64,000 bases of DNA from an uncultured Acidobacteriota bacterium (GCA_963786555.1 CAWAZO010000008.1:7751-71750), one strand, 5' to 3'; positions 52,739-63,750 are shown, counted from the stretch's first letter. The notes: a model not told the origin generated them from the sequence alone. A program made the numbers and translations.

Positions 52739-54697
52739 TTAATTTGATTTCTTGCGGTAGACGTCGTAGTTGCCGAGGCTTGCCACCATCTGAAAATCGT
52801 GCCGCAGCAATTCGAGCATCCGATTCTTTTGCTCTACCGGGTCCGCCCGGAGTTGAAGCTCGCGCTTCACGATCAGCCATCGGATGTCCCGCTCCCGGCT
52901 AAGCTGGAGAATTGCTTCCGGGCCGTAGGGATTGACCGTATGGTCGAACATCAGCACCGGAAAGCCGGGATGTCTTCCGCTGCTGTAGTAAAAAAGATCC
53001 TCGCCGGGAATCATCAGGATTCCGTCCTGCCGCGGGATCTCGCGCTCGGAAAAACGAAGCAGCTCCTCGAACTGTGGCAGCCACGGACCGCGGAGCGAGA
53101 GCCCTTTCAAGGCCGGCAAACTTGACCGGTTTATCGCGCCATCGGAAAGATTCGCATAGTCCAGACGTTCATGGCTCCAGAGGTAAAACCCGCCCGAGAC
53201 CACCATCGAGAGCGCGACCGCGGCCGCGAGTGAGACTGTCCGCCAGCCAGTCCGATCCTTCGACAGCGGGAAAAGCACGGTGATCGTGTCCGCGAGCAGC
53301 AGCATAAGCAGGGGCCAAATTGCGTAAGTGGAGCCCCAGAGCTGCTGTGACAGGAAAGCTCCATGGATGGTCCCAATCAGCACGAACGGCAGAACCAGCG
53401 CGATGCCCCGGCGACGTCTGACGCTCAAAAGCGCAGAGACGAAGGAAGCGATCAACAGGAAGGGCCAGAGAGCGAGCAGGCTCTCCGCGCGCTCCGCCGG
53501 CTCGGTTTCGACGAATTGGCGAATCAGCACCCAGAGGAAAGGGCTCGACAGCAACAGGCCGGAAAGCAGTGCCAATTTTCGGTCGCACGGCCTTCGAACG
53601 CTCCCTTGAGATACGGCGCGCGATTCGGTCAAGCTGCGCGGTTGCAGCCAACGGCTTCCCGGCTTGAACCACAGCAGCAACGCACCGGCCAGAAACAGCG
53701 CAATCCACCAAGGCAGCATCGGGTTCTGGTAGACGGCGAGCATGTCCACCAACGGTGGCATCCGCCGGGATGCGGCAAACTGGATTGTCCAGTGCTTGTA
53801 ATTCGCCAGACCGGCGGTCAGATGGATCAGGAGAAGCGCCGACAGCAGTCCTACGGCCGCCCCGAGCAAGACCCACAGCAGTCCGCGTACGGGCCGGCGC
53901 TGCCACAGGTTGATGCCCAGCAGCACGGCGAGCCCCAGCGCCGCACTTCCCAGGAAGGCGAGTCCCGTATTCTGTTTAACAAACAGTGGAACTACCAGCA
54001 GCACCCCGGTAAAAAAAGCGGGCAGCGGAGAAAATCCTCTGCGCTCCAGTCTTTGAAGGAGAACGATGCAAATCAGTACGACAAACGTGCAGTCTGGATC
54101 GTAAAAGGGATGGGGAAAAATGCAGTAAATCCCCAGCACAGTCAAGGGCGCGCTCAGCAGAAACGCCACCATCCGGGCTAACTTCACCTGGCCACGCAGC
54201 AGCAGGTTCAGCAGAATTTGCCAGGTGAGCACCGTGGCCGCTCCGCCCTCGACCGCGCAGTAGAGCACGTGATGAAAAAAAACTCGCCCAGTGAGCTTGA
54301 TGAGCGCCGCTTGCGTGAGGAAAGTCAGGGGCGCATAGGGCAAAACAAAATCGCGATACGGCATATCGCCAAGCGAGATTCTGTGCGCGTTCTCCAGGAT
54401 GTAGCTGAGGTCCCACAAGACTCCCAGCCGGGTGTTCTGCCATAGCACCACGGCGGCGGTCGCGACAAAAAGCGCCAGCGCGGCGATCCAGTCGCGCCAT
54501 CTCCAGGGCTCCTCGCCGCTGGGTTTGTCCACCTCCTCCGCCGGCTCCGCAATGGGCACAGCTTCGCGAGTTTGCCGATCGATTTTCATCAGCAGCATTG
54601 GAATGAATGGAGTCTTGGGCCGGAGCGCTTCATAACCGGTTGGGAAGGTAATTATCTCACCCCGAGTATTTGCGTCGCTGCCGGGAGCGGAGGACAT
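52739..54697 (-). CDS. Polytopic GT-C type membrane glycosyltransferase candidate (paralog of 9822..11666); start uncertain
   Basis: WDLSYILENAHRISLGDMPYRDFVLPYAPLTF first-loop motif. More than 12 TM segments. The soluble C-terminal domain ends ...LGNYDVYRKKSN, compared with ...FGELTVYVRKKE in the paralog. Confidence 0.55.
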   Translation of the reverse strand: MSSAPGSDANTRGEIITFPTGYEALRPKTPFIPMLLMKIDRQTREAVPIAEPAEEVDKPSGEEPWRWRDWIAALALFVATAAVVLWQNTRLGVLWDLSYILENAHRISLGDMPYRDFVLPYAPLTFLTQAALIKLTGRVFFHHVLYCAVEGGAATVLTWQILLNLLLRGQVKLARMVAFLLSAPLTVLGIYCIFPHPFYDPDCTFVVLICIVLLQRLERRGFSPLPAFFTGVLLVVPLFVKQNTGLAFLGSAALGLAVLLGINLWQRRPVRGLLWVLLGAAVGLLSALLLIHLTAGLANYKHWTIQFAASRRMPPLVDMLAVYQNPMLPWWIALFLAGALLLWFKPGSRWLQPRSLTESRAVSQGSVRRPCDRKLALLSGLLLSSPFLWVLIRQFVETEPAERAESLLALWPFLLIASFVSALLSVRRRRGIALVLPFVLIGTIHGAFLSQQLWGSTYAIWPLLMLLLADTITVLFPLSKDRTGWRTVSLAAAVALSMVVSGGFYLWSHERLDYANLSDGAINRSSLPALKGLSLRGPWLPQFEELLRFSEREIPRQDGILMIPGEDLFYYSSGRHPGFPVLMFDHTVNPYGPEAILQLSRERDIRWLIVKRELQLRADPVEQKNRMLELLRHDFQMVASLGNYDVYRKKSN

Positions 54698-54816
54698 CGG
54701 CGGTCGAGCGGCTTCCGTGGCAGGCCACCACCCGGCCGGAACCCGTTGGCCCGGCGCCCAAGCATCCTAGCACGCAACCAGGACGGGACCAGCCTGATCT
54801 GAGGAAAACCCGGGGT

Positions 54817-55515
54817 TCAGCGGCGTACGCGCTTTCTGGGGGGATGGACCGTTTTGTGTGGTCCATAGGCGATCAAAAACACGCGGATTCCTTCTTTGAC
54901 GTAGGCGCTTTTGGCCTCCGCTGACGGGAATGGATCGATATTCAACTGCCCGGGCAACAAGTATCGTCCGACACAGAAACTCATGAATAGCTGGGCCGCA
55001 AGCTCCGGATCATCGAGGTCCAGTTTTCCCAGGCGCGCCTGCTCCCGCATGTAATCGGAGAGAATTTTATTGCCGCGTTTCACTCCGGATTCCCAGAATG
55101 CCGTGGCCAGTTCGGGGAACGAATCCACGGCGGAAATGAGCGTACGCAGCAGTCGCCGGCTCGGGTCCTCCAGCATTCGGTGAAGCATCTCCAGCCCGAA
55201 ACCCTCCAGTACCTCCGCGACCGGCTTATTGACACTGAGGATGTCGCTGAAGTTCATGTGTACGGTTTCGGATCGGCGCTGCATTACCGCCTTAAATATT
55301 TCTGCCTTCGAGGGGTAGCGCACGTAAAGGGTCTGCTTGGAAGCTCCCGCCCGTTGGGCAATCTCTCCAACGCTGGTGCCCTGGTAGCCGCGCTCCATGA
55401 ACACTTCGGCGGCAACGTCGAGCAAGTGTTCCATACGCCCGGCCACCTGGTCTGCGCAGGGGCGTCCCGGGGTATGCCGCTTTGCGCCACCTGAACGGCG
55501 TATCGGTTTTCTCAT
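54817..55515 (-). CDS. TetR/AcrR-family transcriptional regulator
   Basis: From ATG 55515: LLDVAAEVFMERGYQGTSVGEIAQRAGASKQTLYVRYPSKAEIF. Divergent from the RND operon. Confidence 0.85.
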   Translation of the reverse strand: MRKPIRRSGGAKRHTPGRPCADQVAGRMEHLLDVAAEVFMERGYQGTSVGEIAQRAGASKQTLYVRYPSKAEIFKAVMQRRSETVHMNFSDILSVNKPVAEVLEGFGLEMLHRMLEDPSRRLLRTLISAVDSFPELATAFWESGVKRGNKILSDYMREQARLGKLDLDDPELAAQLFMSFCVGRYLLPGQLNIDPFPSAEAKSAYVKEGIRVFLIAYGPHKTVHPPRKRVRR

Positions 55516-55583
55516 GGCGAATGCCTCATAGCGGAAGTCTATATTAAAACGAGACGGTACTGTTTTTATTTTAAGGCAAAGAG

Positions 55584-55609
55584 AGTACAATTACTTTATA
55601 AATCGTACT
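55584..55609. promoter_or_regulatory. Candidate TetR operator in the divergent promoter region
   Basis: agtacaatt-actttata-aatcgtact: 8 of 9 positions match as an inverted repeat, in an AT-rich spacer. Confidence 0.35.
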
Positions 55610-55658
55610 ATGCAGTTCTATTATTCTTGAGGTTGCAGCCTCTCTGCCAGGACTTGAG

Positions 55659-56906
55659 ATGACAAGAATTCGATACCGATCGCCCTTTGCTTCGACAAGT
55701 GCTTCTGCCGTACTTCCAGGCACATTTTCCGGTGACCTATGCGGTAGACCGGAAGCTTCAGCGAATTTCCGATTTGCCGCACTCTTCATGGTCGTGATCA
55801 CGGTCATCCTGTTCGCTCTGGGGTGCAGTTCGAAAACGCAAGCCAACGCGGCGGCGCCGGCCTCCGCCGTACAGGTGGTCAAGGCCGTTCAGCAGGATGT
55901 GCCGATGTACGGGAATTGGGTGGCAACGCTCGACGGATCGGTCAATGCCCAGATCCAACCGCAGGTGACGGGGTATCTGGTCAGGCAGATCTACCGTGAG
56001 GGTTCCAACGTCCGCAAAGGCGAGGTGCTTTTTGAGATCGACCCGCGGCCATTTCAGGCGGTTTTAGACCAGGCTAAAGGTCAATTGGCGCAGGCCAAGG
56101 CGAAGCTCTCACTTGCCGACGTCAATGTCAAACGGGATACGCCTCTGGCCAAAGAGCGCGCCATTGCGCAAAGCCAGTTGGATACCGAACTCGCCGCGCA
56201 GCTGGAGGCGAAAGCCAGCGTGCAAGCCGCGGAAGCCTCCGTCGAGCAAGCGCAGTTGAATCTGGAGTTCACCAAGGTCCGGTCGCTCACCGATGGCATC
56301 GCAGGGATCGCCACGGCCCAGATGGGCAATCTGGTTTCACCGACGACGGTGCTCACCACGGTCTCCAAGGTGGACCCGATCAAGGTGTATTTCCCGATCA
56401 GCGAGCAGCAATACCTGCAGTTTGGGAACAAGCAGCAAAAAGGCTCGGGCACGGTGCGCGATTCGCAGGCGATGTCGCTGGAACTCGTGCTCTCGAATGG
56501 AAACCGGTATCCCCAGAAAGGGAAAGTCCTGTTCACCGATCGGCAGATCGATCCCCAAACCGGCACCATTCGATTAGTTGGCTCATTTCCCAATCCCGGC
56601 AATTTCCTGCGTCCGGGACAGTTCGGGCGCGTGCAGGCCCTGCTCGGAGTCCGGCAAGGAGCCATTCTCGTACCGCAACGCAGTGTCTCGGAGCTGCAAG
56701 GCACCTATCAGGTCGCGGTGGTCGGCGCCGACAACAAAGCCTCGATCCGCAAAGTGAAGGTGGGCGACCAGGTCGGCTCCATGTGGGTCATTGAAGATGG
56801 ACTCAAAGCCGGGGAGCAGGTGATTTCCGAGGGAACATCCAAAGTGCGCGAAGGCATGCCCGTCAATCCGACGATCGCCAATGCCGGGGTGGAAGGTCGT
56901 CAATGA
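55659..56906 (+). CDS. RND efflux periplasmic adaptor (membrane fusion protein); start uncertain (55659 or 55788)
   Basis: Lipobox [15 protein letters not shown]-type [28 protein letters not shown], coiled-coil hairpin, [22 protein letters not shown]. Confidence 0.85.
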   Translation: MTRIRYRSPFASTSASAVLPGTFSGDLCGRPEASANFRFAALFMVVITVILFALGCSSKTQANAAAPASAVQVVKAVQQDVPMYGNWVATLDGSVNAQIQPQVTGYLVRQIYREGSNVRKGEVLFEIDPRPFQAVLDQAKGQLAQAKAKLSLADVNVKRDTPLAKERAIAQSQLDTELAAQLEAKASVQAAEASVEQAQLNLEFTKVRSLTDGIAGIATAQMGNLVSPTTVLTTVSKVDPIKVYFPISEQQYLQFGNKQQKGSGTVRDSQAMSLELVLSNGNRYPQKGKVLFTDRQIDPQTGTIRLVGSFPNPGNFLRPGQFGRVQALLGVRQGAILVPQRSVSELQGTYQVAVVGADNKASIRKVKVGDQVGSMWVIEDGLKAGEQVISEGTSKVREGMPVNPTIANAGVEGRQ

Positions 56907-59900
56907 TTTCAAAGTTTTTTATCAGCCGCCCGATTGTAGCGATGGTGATCGCGATTTTGATGGTGATCGTCGGGGCCGTGGCGATGGTCAGCCTGCCGAT
57001 TGCGCAGTTCCCGGAGATTGTGCCGCCCGAAATCCAGGTAAGAGCCGTCTATCCGGGCGCCGATGCGAAGACGCTGGAAGAATCGGTGGCTACTCCGATT
57101 GAAAGCCAGATGAGCGGCGTGGACAACATGAATTACATGTATTCCACGAACGACAGCAATGGCAATAGCGTGTTGACCGTCAACTTCGACGTCAAGACCG
57201 ATCCCAACACCGACCAGATTCTGACCCAACTGCGTCTCTCGCAAGCCAGTTCGCAGTTGCCGGCCCTGGTCAACGCGACTGGCGTTACGGTGCAGAAGTC
57301 GCGGTCGACTCCGCTGATGGTGGTGTCGCTCTACTCGCCCAAGGCAACTTACAACCGGAACTTCATGACCAATTACGCCTACATCAACTTCGCCGATGAA
57401 CTGTCGCGCGTTCCGGGTGTAGGTCGAGTACAGGTGTTTGGCGGCCAATATGCCATGCGGGTGTGGGTCAGGCCCGATCAACTGGCGAAGCTGGGAGTCA
57501 CGGTTCCGCAGATCATTTCGGCGCTGGAGTCTCAGAACACGGTGAATCCGTCAGGGCAGATTGGCGGCGAGCCGGTGCCGAAGGGGCAGGAGTTTACCTA
57601 CACCGTCCGCTCGCAGGGGCGCCTGACGTCGCCGGAAGAATTCGGCGAGATTGTCGTGCGGGCGAACCCGGACGGCTCCATCCTGCGCCTGAAAGATGTT
57701 GCCCGAATCGAGTTGGGCGCGCAGACCTACAACATCGATACCCGGTTCAACGGTCAGCCTTCGGCGGCTCTCGGAATCTACCAACTGCCGGGTTCCAACG
57801 CGATTTCCACCGCCGCGGGAGTTCGCAAGAAGCTGGCGGAATTAAGCGCGCGCCTTCCGAACGACATCCAGTGTGAAATCGGTCTGGATACCACGAGAGC
57901 CATCAGCGCGGGCATTCGCGACATCGTGACCACCCTGATTGAGGCGCTGCTGCTGGTCGTGCTGGTCGTCTACGTATTTCTCCAGGGATGGCGCGCCACC
58001 CTGATTCCGCTGCTGGCCGTGCCGGTGTCGCTGATCGGGACATTCGTGGTTTTCCCGCTGCTTGGTTTTTCCATCAATACTCTCTCGCTGTTCGGAATGG
58101 TGCTGGCAATCGGGTTGGTGGTCGACGATGCAATCATCGTGGTGGAGGCCGTCGAGCATCACATGGAACAGGGGATGACGCCGCGTGCAGCATCCCTCAA
58201 GGCGATGGAAGAGGTTTCCGGGCCGGTGATTGCCATCGCGTTGATTCTGGCTTCCGTCTTTATTCCTACCGCATTCATTCCGGGAATTACCGGCCGGCTG
58301 TATCAGCAGTTTGCGGTGACCATTGCAATCTCCGTCATCTTCTCGGCCTTTAACGCGCTCACGTTGAGCCCCGCGCTCTGCGCCCTGCTTCTGCACCCGA
58401 GGCGAAAGTTTCGCGGACCGCTCGGCCGCTTTTTCGAATGGTTTAATCGGGTATTTGCCCGCTCAACCGATCGCTACGTGAGCTACTCGGGCACGCTCAT
58501 CCGCAAGTCCGGCTTCAGCTTGGTCTTTCTTGCGCTAGTCGCCCTGGTCGCGGTCGGGATCGGAATGAAGTTGCCCACTTCTTTCCTGCCGGAAGAGGAC
58601 CAGGGTTACGCGTTCATCAATCTTGCCCTGCCGGAAAGCGCCTCGCTGCAACGCACGTCGGAGGCGGCGCGGAAGGTCGAGGATATTGTTCGCCGAACCC
58701 CAGGCGTCGACAATGTGACGTCCATCATGGGCTACAACATGCTGAGCGGTGGAACCCAGAGCACGTATAACTCGATGTTTTTCGTCAATCTCAAGGAATG
58801 GGATTTGCGGAAATCGGCGTCGGAGCAGGCGGCGGCCATTCAGCAGCGTTTCAATCGGGAGCTTTCGAAGGTAAGCCAGGGCATTGCGTTTTCCTTTGCG
58901 CCGCCGGCAATTCCCGGCATCGGCGCAGCCGGTGGCGTGACCTTCGTCCTCGAGGACCGGTCGGGAAGCGGGCTCGAATTCTTCAATGGGAACTTGCAGA
59001 AGTTCATCGCCGCCGCGCAGAAGAGACCGGAGCTGGCGAGTGTGATGACGACGTTTGCACCGCATGTTCCGCAACTGTTTGTCGATGTTGACCGGGAAAA
59101 GGTCATGCGCCAGAAGCTCGACGTCGCCGACGTCTACCAGACGATGCAGACCTTCATGGGCGGCTACCTGGTCAACTATTTCAACCGCTTTGGACGCCAA
59201 TGGCAGGTGTACATCGAGGCCGAAGGCGACTATCGCACGAATCCGAACAACATTGGCCAGTTCTACGTGACCGGCTCGAACGGAAGCATGGTGCCGCTGA
59301 ACACCGTGGCCAACATCCGGAGCACGAGCGGCCCGGAATTCACCATGCGCTATAACGAATACACCTCCGCGCAGATCAACGCGTTTGCCAATCCCGGCTA
59401 TAGCTCCGGGCAGGCAGTCAAGGCCTTGGAAGAAGTGTTTGCGCAAACCATGCCGAGCGAGATGGGTTTCGATTACCTCGGCATGTCCTTCCAGGAGCAA
59501 AAAGCGACCCAAGGGGTTCCACCCGCGGCGGTCTTCGGACTCTCGCTGCTGTTCGTCTTCCTGATCCTGGCGGCTCTCTATGAAAGCTGGTCGCTGCCCT
59601 TCAGCGTGGTGCTGGGTACGCCGATCGCGGTCTTCGGAGCTTATGCGGCGCTTTGGGCACGCCACTTCGAAAACAATGTGTATGCCCAGATCGGACTCAT
59701 CATGCTCATCGGCCTGGCTGCCAAGAATTCCATTTTGATCGTGGAGTTCGCCAAACTGGAATACGAAAAAGGGGGCAAAAGCTATGCCGAGGCCGCGCTC
59801 GCAGGAGCTCGGCTGCGTCTGCGACCCATCCTGATGACTTCCTTCGCTTTCATCTTCGGCTGCGTCCCGCTGTGGGTCGCATCGGGGTCGGGAGCCGTAG

Positions 59901-60073
59901 GCAGGCGTGTGCTGGGGACGGTGGTCATCGGAGGCATGGTGGCGGCTTCTTTGATCGCCATCTTCCTCATTCCGGTTGCGTTCACCGTGATCGAGCAATT
60001 CTCAAGCCGATTTGGCGGCGCCCACCCGGCGGCAGCCGAGGTTGAGGAGAAAAAAGAAGGAGCCCTCGTTTAA
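56903..60073 (+). CDS. RND multidrug efflux transporter permease (HAE1/AcrB family)
   Basis: [24 protein letters not shown]; 1056 aa; 12-TM two-lobe architecture; [15 protein letters not shown]; intact frame. Confidence 0.95.
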   Translation: MISKFFISRPIVAMVIAILMVIVGAVAMVSLPIAQFPEIVPPEIQVRAVYPGADAKTLEESVATPIESQMSGVDNMNYMYSTNDSNGNSVLTVNFDVKTDPNTDQILTQLRLSQASSQLPALVNATGVTVQKSRSTPLMVVSLYSPKATYNRNFMTNYAYINFADELSRVPGVGRVQVFGGQYAMRVWVRPDQLAKLGVTVPQIISALESQNTVNPSGQIGGEPVPKGQEFTYTVRSQGRLTSPEEFGEIVVRANPDGSILRLKDVARIELGAQTYNIDTRFNGQPSAALGIYQLPGSNAISTAAGVRKKLAELSARLPNDIQCEIGLDTTRAISAGIRDIVTTLIEALLLVVLVVYVFLQGWRATLIPLLAVPVSLIGTFVVFPLLGFSINTLSLFGMVLAIGLVVDDAIIVVEAVEHHMEQGMTPRAASLKAMEEVSGPVIAIALILASVFIPTAFIPGITGRLYQQFAVTIAISVIFSAFNALTLSPALCALLLHPRRKFRGPLGRFFEWFNRVFARSTDRYVSYSGTLIRKSGFSLVFLALVALVAVGIGMKLPTSFLPEEDQGYAFINLALPESASLQRTSEAARKVEDIVRRTPGVDNVTSIMGYNMLSGGTQSTYNSMFFVNLKEWDLRKSASEQAAAIQQRFNRELSKVSQGIAFSFAPPAIPGIGAAGGVTFVLEDRSGSGLEFFNGNLQKFIAAAQKRPELASVMTTFAPHVPQLFVDVDREKVMRQKLDVADVYQTMQTFMGGYLVNYFNRFGRQWQVYIEAEGDYRTNPNNIGQFYVTGSNGSMVPLNTVANIRSTSGPEFTMRYNEYTSAQINAFANPGYSSGQAVKALEEVFAQTMPSEMGFDYLGMSFQEQKATQGVPPAAVFGLSLLFVFLILAALYESWSLPFSVVLGTPIAVFGAYAALWARHFENNVYAQIGLIMLIGLAAKNSILIVEFAKLEYEKGGKSYAEAALAGARLRLRPILMTSFAFIFGCVPLWVASGSGAVGRRVLGTVVIGGMVAASLIAIFLIPVAFTVIEQFSSRFGGAHPAAAEVEEKKEGALV

Positions 60074-61479
60074 TGTTTCCTAAAAGCTTGATTCCTTTTC
60101 TCCTTTTGCCGCTACTGTTTTTCACCGCATGTACGGTCGGTCCCAAGTATCAAAAACCTGCCGTGGAGACGCCGGGCGGATTTCGCGGACAAGCGCCGGA
60201 TCTGAAGGCGGGAACTGCTTCGTCCGAATCTCTCGGCGACGAGAAATGGTGGGCGGTGTTTCAGGATGAGCAGCTCCAGAAGCTTATCCGTACAGCGCTA
60301 CAGCAAAACTATGACGTGCAGATCGCTGCCGAGCGGGTGATTTCGGCGCGGGCTCAGCTCGGTATCACCCGGGCCGATCAGTTGCCAAGTTTGCAGGTGA
60401 ATACGGCCATCATCAGCCAGCGCGAGGAGCGAACCACGCAGGCGGCGGTATTCCGCTCGGAATCGGGTCTGCTGGGTGCATCCGCATCCTGGGAGCTGGA
60501 TTTCTGGGGCAAGTACAGGAAGGCCACGGAGGCCGCCCGGGCTAATCTGGCGGCGACCGAATGGGGCCGGCGAGCGGTGCTCAGTACGCTGGTCGCCGAT
60601 GTCGCCAGGTCCTATTTCCAACTTCGCGCGCTTGACCTTGAGCTCGATATCACGACGCGCACGCTGAAGTCGCGGCAGGAGTCCCTGCACCTGACGCAGC
60701 TCCTGGCCGACCAGGGCGCCACTTCCATGATGGACGTTCGCCAGGCCGAGCAACTGGTTTTCACCGCATCGGCCGCCATTCCGGACCTGCAACGCCAGAT
60801 TGAGCAGCAAGAAAATTTCATCAGTATCCTGCTCGGCCAGAATCCGGGCCCCATTGCCCGCGGCCGAAGCTTGACGGAACAACCGCATCTGGCGTCGGTC
60901 CCGCCGGGACTCCCTTCGGAACTGCTGGAGCGCCGCCCGGATATTCGCCAGGTCGAGCAGCAATTGATCGCCGCCAATGCGGAGATCGGTGTCGCCAAAG
61001 CCGCGTATTTCCCATCCATTGCCCTGACCGGAAATGCCGGGACCCAAAGCACGGCTCTCACCAGTCTGTTTTCGGGTCCGGCCGGCCTCTGGAATGTGGC
61101 ATCGTCTCTGTCGCAGCCGGTCTTCACCGGCGGGCGCTTGCGCAACACGGTGCGGCTGACCGAATCGCAACAGCGGCAGGTGCTGCTCGGCTATCGTCAA
61201 GCTGTGCAAGGCGCATTCCGCGATGTCTCCGACGCCCTGGTCGCGTACCGCAGAACACAAGAAGTGCGCGAGCAGCAGACATCCCTGGTCACGGCGGCAC
61301 AAGATTCAGCGCGGCTGGCGCATGTCCGCTACGAAGGCGGCGCCACCGCATACCTGGAGGTGCTCACCAACGAGACGAACTATTACTCCGCGGAGTTGGG
61401 CTTGGCGCAGGCGCGCTTGAATGAGATGCTCGCGCTGGTGCAGGTGTACAACTCACTGGGCGGCGGCTGGGCGCAATAA
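60073..61479 (+). CDS. Efflux outer-membrane factor lipoprotein (NodT/OprM family)
   Basis: Lipobox LFFTACTVGPKYQKP. Two TolC repeats. C-terminal VQVYNSLGGGW. Confidence 0.9.
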   Translation: MFPKSLIPFLLLPLLFFTACTVGPKYQKPAVETPGGFRGQAPDLKAGTASSESLGDEKWWAVFQDEQLQKLIRTALQQNYDVQIAAERVISARAQLGITRADQLPSLQVNTAIISQREERTTQAAVFRSESGLLGASASWELDFWGKYRKATEAARANLAATEWGRRAVLSTLVADVARSYFQLRALDLELDITTRTLKSRQESLHLTQLLADQGATSMMDVRQAEQLVFTASAAIPDLQRQIEQQENFISILLGQNPGPIARGRSLTEQPHLASVPPGLPSELLERRPDIRQVEQQLIAANAEIGVAKAAYFPSIALTGNAGTQSTALTSLFSGPAGLWNVASSLSQPVFTGGRLRNTVRLTESQQRQVLLGYRQAVQGAFRDVSDALVAYRRTQEVREQQTSLVTAAQDSARLAHVRYEGGATAYLEVLTNETNYYSAELGLAQARLNEMLALVQVYNSLGGGWAQ

Positions 61480-61595
61480 CGGCCGAGCATTCAGAAATGA
61501 TAGTTTCGCAGGGGATATGTCGATTGCATGGCTAGGGGCGTGATCCTGTTTGCGATCAACAGCCTGCCGAACAGACTGCTAAAAAACTCATATCA

Positions 61596-61681
61596 GTGTC
61601 ATCTTGAGCGTAGCGAAGGATCTATGCATTACGAATCAAATCCATAGATTCTTCGCTCGCTACGCTCGCTCAGAATGACAC
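61596..61681. repeat. Imperfect palindromic (tgtcat...gagcg..agcgaag) intergenic element
   Basis: Left arm gtgtcatcttgagcgtagcgaaggatctatg. Right arm catagattcttcgctcgctacgctcgctcagaatgacac. 16-nt loop. The core resembles the inner arms of the 2468-2664 element. Confidence 0.75.
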
Positions 61682-61717
61682 CTCAAAAGTTATTACGCGA
61701 ACTTCTGGGACACGACA

Positions 61718-62323
61718 CTAGGTTTCATCGCCCACGACGTCCAGAATCTCGTACTTCAGCATTTGCAGCGACTCCAGGGCCGCACAATACGCCGCTTCAA
61801 ATGCCACACCATTGACGCCCAACATCAGGGCAGACTGCCTGGTCGGGTATTCTTCGATTCCGCGCATCACCAGAGCGAAGCGGCAGAGCACGTCGATTCG
61901 GCCAACGATGTCATTGGGATGGGTCCTGAGCAGCGCGATTTCTTCGGGAGTGAGCGATGCATGTTCCCGATGCGGACAGGGATGGCGTCGATAGGCGGCG
62001 CCGAGCTGTGTGATTCGCGACTGTTGCATCTCGGTCGCCGAAAGGATAATCGCGCGCCGCGACCAATGTTCAAGCCAGTCCAGGAACACCTGCTTCTGGC
62101 TCACCGCGAGCGCGCAGGCATCGACCATGCAGGGCTGAACCAGGTCTTGATTCCCGGTAAGAAAAAAGGCGAGCCACTCCAATTCCTCCCGGTGCTCGGC
62201 GAAGGCTTTGCGAAAATCATCCGCAGTGGCGTGATGGACCGATGTTTGGTCGTCGCGTGCGGCGTTCTTGGGCGGAGCGTTCCCGCAGGTAGCTTGTCGA
62301 TTGTGATTTTCCATGGTCTTCAC
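61718..62323 (-). CDS. Divergent ECF-sigma-like protein
   Basis: FRKAFAEHREELEWLAFFLTGNQDLVQPCMVDA (region-2-like) and IDVLCRFALVMRGIEEYPTRQSALMLGVNGVAFEAAYCAALESL (region-4 HTH-like). Starts 5 nt after the radical SAM stop. Confidence 0.4.
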   Translation of the reverse strand: MKTMENHNRQATCGNAPPKNAARDDQTSVHHATADDFRKAFAEHREELEWLAFFLTGNQDLVQPCMVDACALAVSQKQVFLDWLEHWSRRAIILSATEMQQSRITQLGAAYRRHPCPHREHASLTPEEIALLRTHPNDIVGRIDVLCRFALVMRGIEEYPTRQSALMLGVNGVAFEAAYCAALESLQMLKYEILDVVGDET

Positions 62324-62327
62324 CCGG

Positions 62328-63707
62328 CTATTCGAAACTCTGCGTGCCCCCTTGGAAACCGTGTTTCGCCTGCTGCCACAGCCACTTGATGACCCTCGCG
62401 TCGTTGTAGCAGTAGGCCAGGTTGTGGTTGAGAGTCGAGAAGCAGTGGCTCTGGCAAGTCTTCTTCATGTCGTTTAATTGCGCGTAGTCGAATCGAAAAT
62501 GTTCGATATTGCCCCAATCGAATGTTGCCGGATAGAGCGGGAAGCAGGGAGCCAGCGTGCCATCGGTGCGGATCACAACATTGTTCTGCCCTGCGCGGCA
62601 GTTCCAGTCGGCAAAGCGCAGGTCTCCATCTTCATCCTGCATGACTCCGCGATTCGCCGCCAGCATCTCGGCTCAGGTCGCCATCGTTGCCCGTTCCGTC
62701 GCCGTTCCAGCCCACCTGCCGCAGATCCAGACCGGACGACATGCGCAGGAAGGTCTTCATCTCCAGCAGCCGCGGAACCGAGTTCACCATCTGGTATCCC
62801 GACCGGTTCTTGGCGACGATCCAGTCCACCAGTTCATCCACTGCCCGCCAATCCTCCGGACCGATGTAGGTCGGGTTGTTCTCCATGTGCCGGAAGTGGT
62901 CGGTCTGGTCCAGCATGGGACTTTCATTGATGTGATAGTCGGTGGCAATGCGATGCGCGTGTGCCCACTCCGTCAGCCGCTTCACGTCCTCATGGTTGTT
63001 GCGGCAGATATTGATATTGAAGAAGATCATGTAGCCGTAGACGTACTGCTTCTTCAGCAGGTGTTCCAGGTTTTTTTCGACCGGAATGAACGCCTTCGGC
63101 AGGCTCTCTTTCTCCTCCCATGAATCGAGCGCCAGGTTGAAGATCGCAACTCCGGCATCGCCCAGCCGGTCGGCCACATCGGGCCGCAATAATCGGCCAT
63201 TGGTCGCAATGTAGACCCACATCCCTTTCTTCGCCGCGTAATTCACAACCTTGTGCACAAACTGGGGACGAAGCAGCGGTTCTCCGCCCATCAGCGCCAG
63301 CACCCGGCCGCCGTGATCGTAGAGCCAGTCGATGGAGCGGCGGGCGGTATCTTCGGTCATCCCTTTCACCTGTTGTCATACGAAGGGCAGTACCAGCAGT
63401 CCAGATTGCATTTGTATTCGACGAACAGATACGCCGTGATCGGATGAAAATCGCCCGGCAGCAGCCGGGACCTGAGATAAGGAATCAGCCAGCCACGCGC
63501 CGCGCGAAGGACCTGGCTTGCCGGCCATTTCCGGCGTTCGGGCAGCACTTCGGGACCGGGGTCCGCCAGCTTTTCCGGAAACTGCGGAAACACCGGCTCG
63601 GGAAGCCTCCAGCCGTTGTTCTTCGCCGGTATCGGAGGCTCGGGACTGGACTTCATCAGCAAATCATTGAGATCAACATCAATCCGAAATTTAGCCGGAC
63701 TTACCAT
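62328..63707 (-). CDS. Radical SAM enzyme with a twitch/SPASM-like C-terminal Cys region; two frame breaks (about 63366 and 62660)
   Basis: From ATG 63707: ...ITAYLFVEYKCNLDCWYCPSYDN (CX3CX2C), then VKGMTEDTARRSIDWLYDHGGRVLALMGGEPLL...YIATNG (ORF 62632..63369), then WNCRAGQNNVVIRTDGTLAPCFPLY...KKTCQSHCFSTLNHNLAYCY (ORF 62328..62666). Confidence 0.7.
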
Positions 63708-63723
63708 GGCGCCCCTTATCCCC

Positions 63724-63750
63724 CTATTCTTTCTCGATCTATTCTTTCTC
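63724..63750. promoter_or_regulatory. 12-nt perfect direct repeat just upstream of the radical SAM start
   Basis: ctattctttctc at 63724-63735 and 63739-63750 (gagaaagaatag on the coding strand), 15-bp period, 17-43 nt upstream of the ATG. Confidence 0.4.

Noticed and set aside
58535-59998. 487-aa minus-strand ORF, with similar ones at 57842..58396, 60298..61302, 46113..46943, 30770..31780, 17318..18097, 40458..41255 and 53169..53906
   Set aside because: All lie antisense to, or out of frame within, confidently identified genes (RND pump, OMF, pstA, RraA, uppP, phoR, the GT-C paralog) and have low-complexity Arg/Gly/Pro-rich sequences.
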